From positions 3,720,001-3,784,000 of the forward strand of contig JAYWIR010000016.1 in assembly GCA_036172245.1 (NCBI GenBank): a stretch of DNA of 64,000 nt, in the 5' to 3' direction. The notes beneath the pieces are model-generated. The model saw only the letters and a program-made list of their open reading frames with translations. It did not search any database and had not been told where the DNA came from. This document shows positions 50,020-62,769 of the stretch, in pieces (the first letter of the stretch is position 1; every line of letters begins with the position of its first letter). The DNA comes from Raillietiella orientalis (Eukaryota). The translations under genes and the position numbers were made by a program.

Positions 50020-50740
50020 ACGCGCTCATTCAGCTTCTGCTCTGCTGCTCGCTCATCATTGAGCTGCTTTCCTGGTTGCCTACATGCACGCTCATTCTGG
50101 CGCTTGCTCACCTACTTTCTTGTTTCCTTCTTTACTTGCTGTTTATTCATTTATTAAGTTGTTTTCTTATTTACTTTGCTTGCTTACTCTTATCAGCCCA
50201 CCTACTCATTTGCTTATTAACTTGTCTGTACCTACGTGGCAATTTGTTTAAATACTTATTTAATTGAATGGTTACGATTTCATTAAGTTGGCTGCTTGTT
50301 TACCTGCCTGTTTACTCACCAACTCACCTGCTCATTTACTTACCAACCTATTTACTTACATGCCCATTTTTTTTTCCTTCTGATTTATTTAATCAGCCAT
50401 TATTAATTGCTCGCTTTTTCGCACTTATCGGCTAAGCTGCTTGCCGACTTCTTAGCTCGCTTGCTTGCATGCTCATTTGTTCCGCTGCTTTAATATCCGC
50501 TAACTGCTCATTCCCCGACATACCTATTCAGGCTGCATAATAGTTTATTCTCCTCTTTACAGATTAAATTCACTCGCCATTTATTCATGAGCTCAACTTA
50601 CTTGCTCTGAAAACTTACTTACAAAGTTGCTTCTTTCGCGTGGTTTGCTCCCTTGCTAAGAACGCACTCGGTTACTTACTCGCTGACGGATTTGTGCTCA
50701 TTCACTTTCATGCTTATTTAATTGCTACTTTATGTACGAC
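50020..50740. repeat. Degenerate tetranucleotide-period T-rich tract (TTAC/TTGC/TTAT/CTCA-like) upstream of AMDHD1
   Basis: Visible 4-bp periodicity and strong T/pyrimidine bias on the plus strand. Confidence 0.7.
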
Positions 50741-50969
50741 GTGTCGTCATTGCTCATCCCGGATTTCCACGGGTGGCGCGCCCCCGTCCGATGCCGCGCG
50801 CGCCATGCGGAAGTCGGGAGACGCGTACTGACGTGACCGCCATGACTCCCCGCCGCAGCGCGCTTACCCGGCAGTTGGGGCGTTAAGTGCCATCCCGGTG
50901 GAGGGAGAAGAAGGAGGCGAGCGGAGCGCGGTCGAGCGGTCGTCGCAGTTGCCTGGCAGGAAGGAAGAG

Positions 50970-53900
50970 ATGAAGAACCGGCTGCTGATCCACTCCGCCA
51001 AGCAAATCGTGCAGGTCGTCGTCAGAGGAGAGGAGGTTCTGGCCGGAGATGCGATGAAGCATCTCATGATACTGAACGCCACAGATAAGAGCGGGTTATC
51101 TCTCGTCGTGGACGGGTACGGCTGTTTCGCTCCGAACCGCGCATCGGCGCGCAGCGTGCGGCGTATGCAAATGCGTGCCCGGCCAGCCGCCTGCCCCCCG
51201 TCCCTCCCGTTGCCCTGGGTTGCGGGCGGGGTGACCCGGCAGAGGGGCGCCGCCCGCGCCCTCTGCCGGGAGCCTGCAGCGCTGCAGGCTCCGAGTGCAG
51301 GAGTCTCGGGTCGCAGGGGGTCTCATTTCCCGCCGCCCCCCCTCCCCGAGGGAAGGGCGGCGTAGGAGGAGGGAGTTCGTGGAGCGCGCGTTCTGCAGCG
51401 CCGCGCGCCCCCGCTCGGCGTCCTTGCAGCCGCCGTTTGCCGTTTCCGCCGGCGTTCGGAGGCCGCGAGTCGAACTTCGTGCAGGCATCGTGGCCGCGGG
51501 GGGAGTCCGGGAAAGCTTCGGGCAGGCGGAGGTGGGAAGAAATCTCCGAAGGGTCGTCTCCGTGCTCCTTTCGCGGAGGCTGGCCGCGGTTCCAGCCGGT
51601 GTGATGAGTGGAACGCAGGAAAAGAAAAAAAAATGGGTTCGCTCTCTCCCGGAGGGTCAGGAGTCATCCCGTCGCTGCAGGCAGCGCTCCGTTTCCTGCG
51701 TGCCGGGTGCCTCCGCCTCGTTCTCCCTGCACGTGACCCTCTCACGGAATCTTCGCCCGCGTCTCGGCGCTGTCCGTCGGTGGGGCGAGCGACGGTGGGC
51801 CGCCTAGCGGCAACCATCTCGGTCCCTCCGCTTGCTGGGAGCTCGGCAAGCGCGCGCTCAACTTCGACCGGGATCTCTTTGTCCGGGAGGCTGCGTCCGA
51901 GGGACCGAATTGTTTGCGGGTGCCGTCTGGTAGCTTCCTCCCGGCACCTGCGAACCCGAGTTTTTCCTTCCGCCCTCCCCCCCCCCAGACCTGCTGACGT
52001 ATTCTGCAGGCGATGGCCCTCGGCGGCCGGTCCGAGGAACGGCCAGCCAGGTTGAGGAGCGCATTGTTGGGGATGGCGCTCACTGTGGCTGCCGCGGAAG
52101 AGGCGCGCCGTCGTCTCCGCACCACCGGAACTGTCGCTCCAGGGAAATTACTTCGGCTCTCGGTGCATCCATCGCCCTTGTGGGTATGGGGGGAAGGGGG
52201 GGATTCTCCGAGCCAGGAAGTGCTGCAGCGACTGGAGGAACTCGAGCTCCTGCCGGCCTCTTCCTCTGCGTCACCTTGGCGGGCCAGTCGGAGTGCCACC
52301 CTCCTTCCTCCCACTTGCTTATAGCGCCCACCCGTGGCGGAGGCCATCGACCGCTCAAGAATGGACCGTTGTCGTGCGCGCGCCACGGATGGCGGCGGTA
52401 GCCGCCACCGCTGGCCCGTTTGTCCGTCCCCCGTCCGGCCGGAGGAGCGGCAGCATTCCCGCCAAGGAAGACCAGGCCGAGCGACTCCCGGGAGAGCTGC
52501 GCATCCCGTGGGAGAGGAACCCTGCGCCTCTGCCGCGGCCATCCTCGCGCGAGCGGTTTTCGAAGCGAGGTCTTCAGAGTGGCGCTGGCAACGGCTCCTC
52601 AGCGGCGATGCGACTCAATCCCCAGTGCCGCTTGGCCGCAGCCTCCCGCGTGGGTCCTCCTCCGTCCCTGCGGAGCGACAGGACCGGCCTTCCTCGCCGC
52701 TCTTTCCCTCTTCCCTGCTTGCACCCTTGCGGCTCCTCCTCTCTGGTCAATTACGCAACCCTGCCCTTCTCCGGCGCCGACCTTGCCCAGCGAAGCACCG
52801 GGTTTCCGATCCAGGGAGGGGGCAGCTGAGGTGGTGTCTCTCGCTCCACCGGTCGGATCCCAGTGACTTGGATCTCGCCCTGGACCCGCTGGCGGCAAGG
52901 GTCCGTGCAAGAGGAGGCGAACGCGTCCGCGCGGAGGCGGGGCATCTGTCGGCGGTTCCCGTGAACAGCCGCCTCGCGGTCTTCGCAGATCCTTGGACCT
53001 CGCTGGGAAGGAAAGCTGGGAGGGAGGTTGGCCGCGTAGGCGACCTGGCACGGCGAGAAAGGACGCCCGCCGGAGGGTCCCGGAGAAGTCCGAAGACCCC
53101 TTTCCGCCACTTCCCTGTGCTCCCCGGTCCCTTCGGGAAAGACGGAGGGGAGTGGTCACCGGGAGCACCTGACGGAAGTCCGGGAAGGATGGAAGGAGGG
53201 TTCCCGCGACCGTTTCGGTCAGGAGAGCTCGCAGCGGGAATCGACGGTTCTCCCGGGTGGAGGGAATCTCCCACGCGACAGGCGCCCCCGCCCTCACACC
53301 GTCGTCCGGGAATGCAAAAAAGCCTGGAGTTTCCAGCGCGCCCCTCTTCAGCGGGCGTGCAGGGAACAGCCTGTGGGCCGGCCGCGCACGAGGGGCGGTG
53401 CAGGGGTTCGCCCTGTGTGCGCGAGATCCACCTGAGAGCTGTCGGTGCTAGGCAGCGTCTGGTTCGCACGTTCTCGGCTGCTGGTCCGCTGAGGAAGGGT
53501 GTCTGTTGGCTCCTCCTTTCCTCCCGATCAGGGGTGGATGTCGTGCCGGAGGCTATCGCGTGTTGCAGAGAGGGAGGCGGACAGCTGGAGCTGGCGCGGA
53601 AACTGCTCACGGGATAGGGAGGCGATGGTGGCTCCCGTGGTTTGAGTTGGAGCTGCGCGCCTCCGCGTAGACGGCGATGGCGGGCACCGACTCCGGAAAG
53701 GAGTTAGCTCTGGCACAGGGTGGCCGTCGCGGGACGGTCGGCTCGAAGGCGCACGCTGCGTTTGTTCGACGCGGTGGCCTCTGCCACTTCTGAGGCTCCC
53801 GCTGACGTCATGCCGCTGGTTCTCGCATCACTCCTGGAGGGTAGTCGATCAGACCACCGCGGGCTGCTGCCGTCCCGGGGAGAAGGGCGGCAGCAGCGAC

Positions 53901-56900
53901 CTGCTGGCCTGGAAAGGGGGCGGCATTCTCAGCACCTTTCTTCGGACGAAGACCTCCCAGTTGGTCCTTTGCAGCAGCGCCTCCTGAGGGGTACGGAGGA
54001 GGAGGAGGAGGTGATGAGAGTCTGGTCTGCAGCTACCGGGGTCGTTTCATCGCAGCAGAGAGCGGCGTTTCCGTTGTCGTTGACAACTGTCCAAATTTCA
54101 GGGAAAGAAGGGGAGGGTGGGGTCTGCGGTACATCGAGGTTCGTCCGGACGGATGCGGCACGACTTTCCTCCGCCAGGCTTCGGGGTGGCACCGGAGATG
54201 GCGACTGCGGAAAACCAGGGGCTGCCCTCTGAGCTCCGGGTTGCGCCCCTTGCCACCGGGACGGTCCTGGGCGTCGGTCTTGTAGGGAGGAAGCGAGAGT
54301 GCGGCTTCGGCGCCCTTCGAAGTGGCGAGGCCGCGGCCAGCCGGCTGTTCGTCCACTAGCGAATTGGGAAATCTGGGAGCTTTCGGTCCGCCATTCTCGC
54401 AGCGATGGCTCTGCCCTCCCGGAGACGGCGGCGCCTCGACGCGGTGGCTTCTCCTCGTCAGCGAGCACCTCGCACCGCCCGGGACCTTCACCTTTGACCT
54501 TCCTCACCCCCCTCACGTTCTTTACGCGGGCGCCTCTTCCTTCGCCACCTCCAGAGGGCGAGCGTGCGTGCATGCGCAAGAATGACGTGTCTGGTGCTTG
54601 CAGGACCGGGTGCATCAGCTTCGTCGGCCACGACTACGAGCTCAAGGACCACCTCGAGGACTTTGAGGAGATGATCGACGCCACCAACTGCGCCCTGCTC
54701 CCCGGCTTCGTGGACGCCCACACTCACCCCGTCTGGTCCGGGGACCGCATCCACGAGTTCGCGATGAAGGTGCGGGGATGGGCGGGCGGGGGTGCTGGGT
54801 TACAGCTCCCCCCTCGGCGCCTCTGCTTTCCAGATGTCGGGAGCCACGTACCTGCAGATCCATGAGGAGGGAGGGGGCATCCACTTCACGGTGAACCACA
54901 CCCGTCAGTCCAGCGAGGAGGAACTCTTCTCCTCGCTCAAGAAGCGCATCCTGAGAATGCTGCGCTGTGGCACCACCACCGTGGAGTGCAAGAGCGGATA
55001 CGGCCTCGACTTGGAGACCGAGCTCAAGATGCTGCGCGTGATAGAGCGGGCCAGGAACGAGCTGCCCGTGGACATCTCCGTGACCTACTGCGGGGGCCAC
55101 GCCGTGCCGAGGTGCGTGTTCGGAGGCAGGGAAGATCGCCGGATCGCCCACCAGGGGCTCAACTCCCGAGCAAGCGGTCCGGGACATCGTGGAGAGGCAG
55201 CTGCCGGCGATCCAGGTCGAGAGGGAGACCGGAAGGCTGCACGTGGACTCCATAGACGTCTTCTGCGAGAAGGGTGTCTTTAGCACCGAGCAGTCGAGGG
55301 CGATCCTGAAGGCCGGCAGGGACCTCGGACTGCGGTTGAATTTCCACGGCGACGAGCTTCACCACACCGGCAGCGCGGAGGTACCGCTCGCTCTTTCCGC
55401 CCCGCCCCGCTGCATGTCTCCGCGGGCGCTTCCCGCGCTCACGATTCCGACCCGTCCGTGGCTTGCAGATGGGCGCCGAGCTTCGCTCCGAAGCCATCAG
55501 CCACTTGGAAGAGATCAGCGAATCCGGTATCCAGGCAATGGCCTCCGCGGCGAGCGTTGCCGTGATCCTGCCAACCACTGCCTTCGTATTGAAGCTGAAG
55601 TCACCTCCCGTGAGGAAGATGATCCAGGCCAATGTGCCGGTTGCTCTTGGGAGCGATTTCAATCCGAACGCCTACTGCCTCTCCATGGTAAGCCCTCCGG
55701 ATCACCCCTCTTCCAGGGCCTCCGACGCCGGAGAGGCCTTGCATCCATTTCTTGCATTTTCCTCATTTTTCCTTTCGCCTTCCCTCCCTAAGAAATCGAC
55801 GTTCGACCTTCCCGAGTCTGCGTTGCAGAAGGAAGCGGGGAGGGGAGAGAGTCACTTCTCAGATACGAGCGGTGTCGGTTTTCACGCCACATGCGAGCGC
55901 GCGTCTGCAGCGCCACGTGTTGCATGTGCTCAGTGTTTGTGTGTGTGTGAGAATGGGGGGGAGGAAGGGACGCACTGCGCATCCCATTCCTGCAGCTAAG
56001 CTCCTTCCGATTCAGGGTACTTGTTTTGGTATGGTTCTGCCCCTGTGGATAGGGAGGGGGGTCAGGAATTCGTTCGGCTGTCCGATTTCCGTGAACGAGC
56101 GAGCGCGCGCGCGAAAACGTCCGAGTCGAGGCGAAAGTGACCCCGCCAAACGGGTTCGGCGATCAATCACTCGCCCGCTGCTCTTCATCATCCAGCTCAA
56201 CGTTTGGTAGCGGTTTGTAAAATTTGCTAATTGTGCTGTCTTTTGCGTTTTCTGGTAGCTTTCACGTTGCTGTTATCCATGTTTTTTTTTTTTGTTGTTT
56301 CCTTTTTTTGCGAACCGCGATGGCGATTTCGAGTGCAACCCTGCGCGGCGCACCTTTCTCCTTCCCCGCTCTCTGCATTGTTGCGTCATCACGGAGCACC
56401 GGGCATCCGGCCGTTGTTACTTGACGCTCCCGCGGTTTTCGAGTGATCTGAAGCTGAGTGTTCTTCATCCGGGAGAAGGCTGTCGGGGATTTAGAAACGG
56501 GCTGACCACCGTCACGACCACCGTGCGGGTGATGCACCATCGCGTCCTCACGTGAGTCTGAACAAAAAAAACTCCTTACCGCGGCAGTGGATGCCTGCCT
56601 CTCCTACGGTCTCTGAAGCGGACCGATGAATTGTGTGAAAGAGGGCAGGGAGTAGTGCGGGGTGCCCTGCTTTGCGGAAAGGGGAGAAAACATGGGACAA
56701 CGGAGATGATGTGGGAGAGAATGAGCGATGATAATGAGGGATCTGCGGGTTATCGACGGAGGCTTTGTGATGAAAAGGCCGAGTCATTTCCGCACACGTC
56801 GGGACGAGGGTGTCGGCACGGAAATGCACCGAAGCGCGAAAGACGCACTCGGTGCCCAGGGGGGGCGAGGCGATCTCTCTCTCTCTCTCTCTCTCTTCCC

Positions 56901-58626
56901 CCCTTCCCTCTCCCTGCGTTGCTGGGATCCCCTGCGATCCACTCAAACTCGACTCTGGCAATACTCGCGCTCCCGGTGGAGTTGCACCGGAGTTTGGTCG
57001 CCGACACTTCCACAGTCGAGTAGAAGCGTGGGAGGGGGGGGGGGGCGTTTCTTCTTCCTCTTCCCGTCCCTCGCGTCATCGCCTGCTGTCCCCGCGTTCG
57101 TTGAGCGTCGCTGGTATGTCCAAGATGACAAGCATTCTCTGCCCCAAAGCGTCCCTTTTTCTCATCCTGAGCCCGACCCTTTTCGTCGAGGGTCCCTCTT
57201 CGGGCTCTGAAGGAACTTTGCCCCATCTGTCGCTGGATCTCACCGGAGCTCTGGGTTCCGTCCCCCGCTTTGGACGCGCTCGGGACTGCTCTCCGCGCTC
57301 CAGGTGAGCCCGATCTTCCCGTGAGCTGCGATTTTGGGCGATGACGTCATCGTTCCCTCGGAAGGGTGCGTGCGGAATGGTCGTCGTCGTCGTCATTGCG
57401 ACGGGGCGGATCACATGCGGAGAGACGAAGTCGCTCGTGGGAGGGGGGGGGGGGGGGAAGCGCGTTAGTGGGGAAGCCAAAAATAAATAAATAAAGTAAA
57501 TACAATAAAAATTTGTTTGGTGGGGGTGGTCTTCCGCCGTCTTCCTGCCGGAGAGGGAAGATGGTTGCTAGGGAGGTTGGGTTTCTGGGAAGACCTGCGC
57601 CGATCTTTGTGGATTCCAAAGTGGGCGCGGTCTTTCTTCCCATTTCCAGGACAAGGCGGAGATGGAGAAGTCCAGGGTCCTCCCTCCCGTCCTAAAAAGA
57701 GACGAGCGCCGGGGAGGGCCTTTACCCCTGACAGGGAGGACAAAGGTCGTTTCCTTTCTTCCTGACCCGGCGGGAGCTCCAGAGTCCAGCAGGCGAGTGG
57801 GCGAGTGGTTCAACCTCTCGCCCCCCTCCTTGGTGGGCCCCCCACGGAACTTCCGCGCTGGGGTTCAGCCGGGGTGGGTCTTCCCTTGAGGATTTCTTGT
57901 TCTGGAGCAACCTGAGGCCATGAGAACCTCCGCTACCCGGAGAGGCCGGTCAGCGGCTTGTGCGCACGACACGTGCTCCCGGCATCCTCCGTCTCGTACT
58001 TTTCCGCTGCGACCTCGTCTCCTCCGCGTATTCTCTTCCCACCTGTCGCCGTGGCAACTGCATTTTCCCGGTATCTCCCTCCCGCCAGCCGAGCGGCCGC
58101 GTACCCCGTGCAGTCGTCCTTCCTCTATCTTCTCCATCAGCGACTTCCTCTGCAGCACCCTCCTCCTCTCCCTTTCCTCTTTCCTGGGCGAGCAGAAGCC
58201 CCTTCCCCGCTGCCCTCCTTGGAACGTCCCCCGTCGCCGTGGTGTCGTCCCCTCACTGCGTCCTCGTAGCCGACCGTGATGTTCATGGCGTGCGTCGTCT
58301 GCTCTCTGAGCCTCAATGAGGCTCTCGTGGCTGCCACGCTGAACGCCGCCGCTGCCCTCGGCCTGTCCAGACGCGTCGGGTCGCTGGAGGTCGGCAAGCA
58401 GGGCGACGTGCTGGTTGTGGAGGCCCCCAGGTAAGGCGGGGGTCGGCCCCTGCAGGGGAGGTGCGGCGGCGGCGGCTCCAGGTGGGAACACATCGTCTAC
58501 CAGCTGGGGGAGCACGAGCCCCTCATCCGGCATGTGGTCAAGAAGGGATGCGTGGTCTTCAAGAGCGCCGACGACGGCTCGCCTAGCGCGCGCGAGCTGC
58601 ACGTGGAGAGGCTGGGATCCATCTGA
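50970..58626 (+). CDS. AMDHD1: Imidazolonepropionase (HutI-like amidohydrolase, histidine catabolism). Exons 50970-51115, 54604-54769, 54834-55111, 55155-55380, 55469-55687, 58270-58430, 58482-58626; 446 aa
   Basis: Motifs LPGFVDAHTHPVWSGDRIHEF, GGGIHFTV, GTTTVECKSGYGL, DVFCEKGVF, NFHGDEL, ISHLEE, ALGSDFNPNA, ATLNAA, GSLEVGKQGD. All introns are GT-AG and in phase. Confidence 0.95.
52300..53600 (+). mobile_element. Decayed LINE RT relic in AMDHD1 intron 1
   Basis: Within ORF 52334-53617: AILARAVFEAR, TQSPVPLGRSL, LALDPLAARVR and AVFADP follow the order of RT motifs. Confidence 0.55.
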
Positions 58627-58653
58627 GGAGGGGCACCGCGCCACCGGGGGACC

Positions 58654-58659
58654 AATAAA
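58654..58659 (+). promoter_or_regulatory. Polyadenylation signal of AMDHD1
   Basis: AATAAA 28 nt after the TGA stop. Confidence 0.6.
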
Positions 58660-58999
58660 GGAAGGAAGAGGAAGAGTCACGGCGAGCAAGTGATGAATCT
58701 GGAGTGGGAGGCGACCAGCTCCGTGTTCGGGTCCGTTTTTGGGGTAGCGGGTCCACCCAACGTAGGAGAGCCTCCCTGTGATCCGGCAAGGAGGGGACCC
58801 TTTCCCTTTAGTCCTCTCCCTTCGTTCTCCACGTCTCCTGTTCGATTTCCACTTGCACGCTGTCCGGAGAGCAGGCAAGGAGGGGGGAGGGGTATCCTGG
58901 GTTTGACCTCTCCCTCCTCCCCCTACCGGTCACGGTTCCTCGTGGCGTCCTCGCAGCCACATCACAGTCAGAAGAATTCTACCTCCCTCCCCTACCAAA

Positions 59000-59700
59000 G
59001 GGTGCGCAAAGGGTCTTTTCTCATCCGGATACCTCTTCCTCCGTCCTGGAGTGCTTGTCTCCGTGGCAGCAGCATGCCCAAACGTCAAACGTCTCTCCTC
59101 CCATGCCGGCATTACGCACATTCTCTCAGCTACTTCCACCAGAGCTCCTCAGCATCTCGCGCGCTTGTCGCGCCGGGGAACTGGGATTTCAGCTGCCGTC
59201 GTCGTCATCATTGGCTTGTCGCCCCGATGGGGGAAGGGGGCGAAGGGCTCCAAGAGGAGGACAGCAGCTGCCACCTCCGAGAGGACTCGGAGGGCTCCCG
59301 GATGCTCAGGATCTTCCCTACTAGCCACACATGGGATCGGAGCAGCGGCGACGGAATTGGGCGACCGCAGTGGCTCGCCTTTCGTCCGGAGCGGGTGGCT
59401 TGGAAACCGCGGAGGCACCAAATCAGGCAGCTACCGTGTGGTCCCGACCGGCCTGGGAGCGGCACGCATCTGGATCTCCACCGGAAGCACCACCCTCGGC
59501 TCGGCAACGTCCGTTTGCTCGTTCCTGTTGGTCCTTCCCAGCGGTTTGCCGAAGCGTTCGTGGGGAAAGCCCGGTGGGGTATGGTCGTCCGCCTCCGCAT
59601 CCACCCAAGTCTCTGGCCGCCAGGATGGTGGTCCTGATGGCGAGGACCTCCAGCCGCGCTTAGGCTTCATGCATCGCCCGCGATCCATCTCCAGCGGTTG
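59000..59700 (-). mobile_element. Possible decayed LINE ORF1-like fragment
   Basis: IPSPLLRSHVWLVGKILSIRE followed by a degenerate Cys motif. Weak resemblance only. Confidence 0.25.
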
Positions 59701-60880
59701 CTGCACGCCCAGACTTTCCGAGAGGGTCGGCAGAGGTGCCGAGTGTGTAGGGCTCCAACCTCGGACGCGCAGCTGGAGGAAAAGGGCAACGCCAAACGGG
59801 GAGGACGATGGGTGTGCAGGATCGACCTGACATTTCTCAGGGTGTTTCCCCCCTCCCGCTCCGGATGCAAGGGGAGGAGCGCCTCGCAGGTGCCCAACAC
59901 TTTTGGGGAGAGGCTGGCCAGTCGGTCGTCGAGCTTCGCCTCGCGCGGGATCTCCGCCCGCTGTCTCCTTTGGGCCGCTGGGTCGAGGAGAGTGCAGAGC
60001 TCGGGCGCTCTCCCTTCCTCGCGGGCGCGCGGGAGGTGGATGCCTCCCGTTCAAGCGTACGCCTGGGGGCATCCCCTGGGCAGCGGTGGATTTCACGGGA
60101 CGCCCCCGCCGGAGGCGTTCCAGTCAGCTTGTGCTGAGGCGTCGTTGCTTTGGTGAGCGCCTGCAGGGAGAAGGGCGGCCTGGAAGACGCAGCCGTTCCG
60201 GCGGGTTCCGCTTGCGGCGACGTTCCAGTCGCAAGGCACAGGGAGAGAGGGGGGGGGGAGTCGGAGCACCTGGAGACTTTGCGACGCCCTCCCTCCATTC
60301 GTCCCCCCCTTCTCACGTGCTCCCGGCTCCTCCGGGAGTCCCTGAATTTGGAGGCGCCGAACCAGTCTTTGTCCTTCTTTTTATTCCGAAGGGGGAGGAG
60401 GGGGGAGGTTCTCGTGACCCCCTCGGGGGCGGCTTCTCCGAGAGACACACCCGGAGTCCGACCATGGGGCAGCCCTCTACTCCTGCCTCGCCTGCCATCC
60501 CCGGGGAGGCGAGAACTCGTGACCAGGAAGCCACGAGGAGGCGGCCGTCGATGCCGGGGTGTCGACGCCGGCGCCCTCTCGTGGGCGTGGCGGCCCTGCA
60601 TGCGAGGAGAGCCCGGATGCCCGTCCGGGGATGCCTCGCGGCGGAAAAGGGTGGAGACCCTGCGCGTTCCGCGGGTTCGTCTGCCGGTGCAGGAGGAGGG
60701 GAAGAGCCGCTCAAGAGGGCATCCCTCCGGGACGCGGGCACTGGGACGGCTGTGGCGCGCTTTCGTATCCCCGGAGTGCATCGGGGCGCATCTCCCCGGC
60801 GCTCCTGCGGACCGCGCGGCGCGTCCGCCCGTATCCCGGGCGACGCTGGTCCCAGTCTCCGCTCCCGGCTTCCTGCCCTC

Positions 60881-62769
60881 TCACTTGCACGTGTGTATGC
60901 CGACCACGGTGACGCAGGTCCTGCACTTGACCTCGCAGCACCACACAAACTTGCACTGGCACCGCTCCATGTGCTTGATCACCTGGAAGACGCGCGGAAT
61001 GGGACGGATGTCTCGGACGGACGGGGGGCGGAGTCACCTGCGTGTTGTGTCCCCGTCCGCAGCACAGCCGGTCGCAGCTGTCTGATCCCCTGGACGTCTT
61101 GTTACACACCCTGCCCGACGTGCCTGGGATCCCGCGCCGCTCGTCCGGGACGCAGTAGTCAGGGGACTTGTGGATGTGGACGAGGTCGGTCTTCTCCACG
61201 CCACTCCGCCGCTTCACCCGTACCAGGTGCTTCAGCTGCCGCTTGTTTGCCCGGGGTATCTGCAAGGGCAGGCACAGGAAGGGTAGGTCCCTCCTCCTCT
61301 CCCTTCCGTGCTCGCCAAAGCCCCTGCCCGGGGGATAGGGGATGAGGGGAAGCCTGCCGGTGGAAACGGGCGAGCGCCGATAGGGTGAGCAGTCAGCTCC
61401 CCCTTTCTGTCGCCGCGGCAACCAGCGGGTGCTCTCCGAAGGACCCTCCCGGGTCGACGACAGTGACCGGGCAACTCCGGTAACGGAAGGAGAACCGTCC
61501 AAGGTCGAAGTGGGGGGGGGGGGGGAAGAGGGGCAGCTCCCTCGCTGGCGTTTCTGGGATGGCTCCAGTAAGGAAGCACTCTGAGCCAGGGCCAGGGAAG
61601 GGGAGGGGGAAGGAGGGAAGGCAAGGGAGTCCTGCGGCTTCACTCCTCTCCCCCTCTTCCTTTCGCGAAGAAGCGGCACGAAAGAGCTTCCTCGTTCGAC
61701 TCACTTTTTTTTCCCACACGATCCTCCCGTACCCTCCCAACGGAGTCCTCGAAAAACCGCTACTCTACCTGCACTGCCCTCTCGTATTTGGCCTTCAGGT
61801 AGTCCCCGACTTTCTCAAAAGGTGGCAGAGTCTTCCAGCAGGTTTTCACCTCGCACGAGCCGGAGATCCCGTGGCATCGACAGTGCATCCTGATCAGCTG
61901 ATTCACAACCTGCAAGCAACACGAGAGTTTTCCACTAGCACGAATAATCATCACGTCTCCGTTGACATTGCCCGTGCGCAAAGCATAAGCGAAGCCACAC
62001 GGGAGGAGGCGATCCCATTACTCCAGGGTTACATTTTGCGTACTGTCGAGCTGTGCTCGGGCTGTGCCCAGAGGCGCGACTGGAACACTGCGCTACGCTG
62101 CGTGCGAATCTCCCAAACAAGACGCGCGCGTTGTCCTCCGAAGGCACACGCGAGACGCTGCACGGTTTATTCCGGGAGAAGGTACGCGCGCGTGCGAGGT
62201 CGCCCATACTCTCTGGACGCGGGCGCGGTGTGGTGTCTACCACCAGGATTCCCGTGTCGGATGACCGCAGCATCGAACCCGCCTGGCAACGTAAAGGCAT
62301 TAAGAAAAGAAAAGAAAGAAAAAAAAAAGGTGCTCCTTCCGGTGCCGCGTGCTCTCGTAAGTGGAGGACGCGAAACCGATCCGGTTTCCGATCTGTAGAA
62401 GACGCACGTGCCGGGGAGCTCGTTTCCCTGGAGGAACGCGCTCTTCCATCTAGCGGGCATTTCGCAAACTGGAACCAGCCGCGTTTTTTCTGCGCCGTGT
62501 CTCGGTGCCCCCGCTGCCCTTCGAAGCCGGGATCCTCGGGTGGCTCAGCCGCCCTTGAGGGAGTTCTCCAAGGTGGGGAACTTCACGAGTTCCGAAACCC
62601 GCGGAAATTCGGAGCCGAATCACCGCTCCCTAGCATTACCTCTCTTCCCGCCTGGTTGTTGTGGAGGTTCATCAGGCTTCGGGCTCTGGACGCCTGCTGC
62701 TTCAGCCGCTGGTTGTCGGGGGCATCGATGAACTCCCGCGCGAAGCGGATGCCGTACCGGATGTTGTCG
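60881..62769 (-). CDS. WNT16: Wnt16-like ligand, 3' part. Exons 62640-62769, 61769-61909, 61038-61259, 60881-60982; 5' exons not found in the window
   Basis: [87 protein letters not shown] and the VxxHxERC segment resemble the Wnt16 subfamily as I recall it. Confidence 0.88.

Noticed and set aside
52334..53617. 427-aa ORF as a nested protein-coding gene
   Set aside because: Contains degenerate RT motif remnants and an Arg/Pro/Gly-rich composition typical of stop-poor GC-rich relics.
3091..58626. Functional nitrogen cluster linking Amt and AMDHD1
   Set aside because: They are ~45 kb apart with unrelated genes between and no shared regulatory evidence.
59903..61345. 480-aa plus-strand ORF
   Set aside because: Antisense shadow of Wnt16 exons and GC-rich 3' sequence, with no domain signal.
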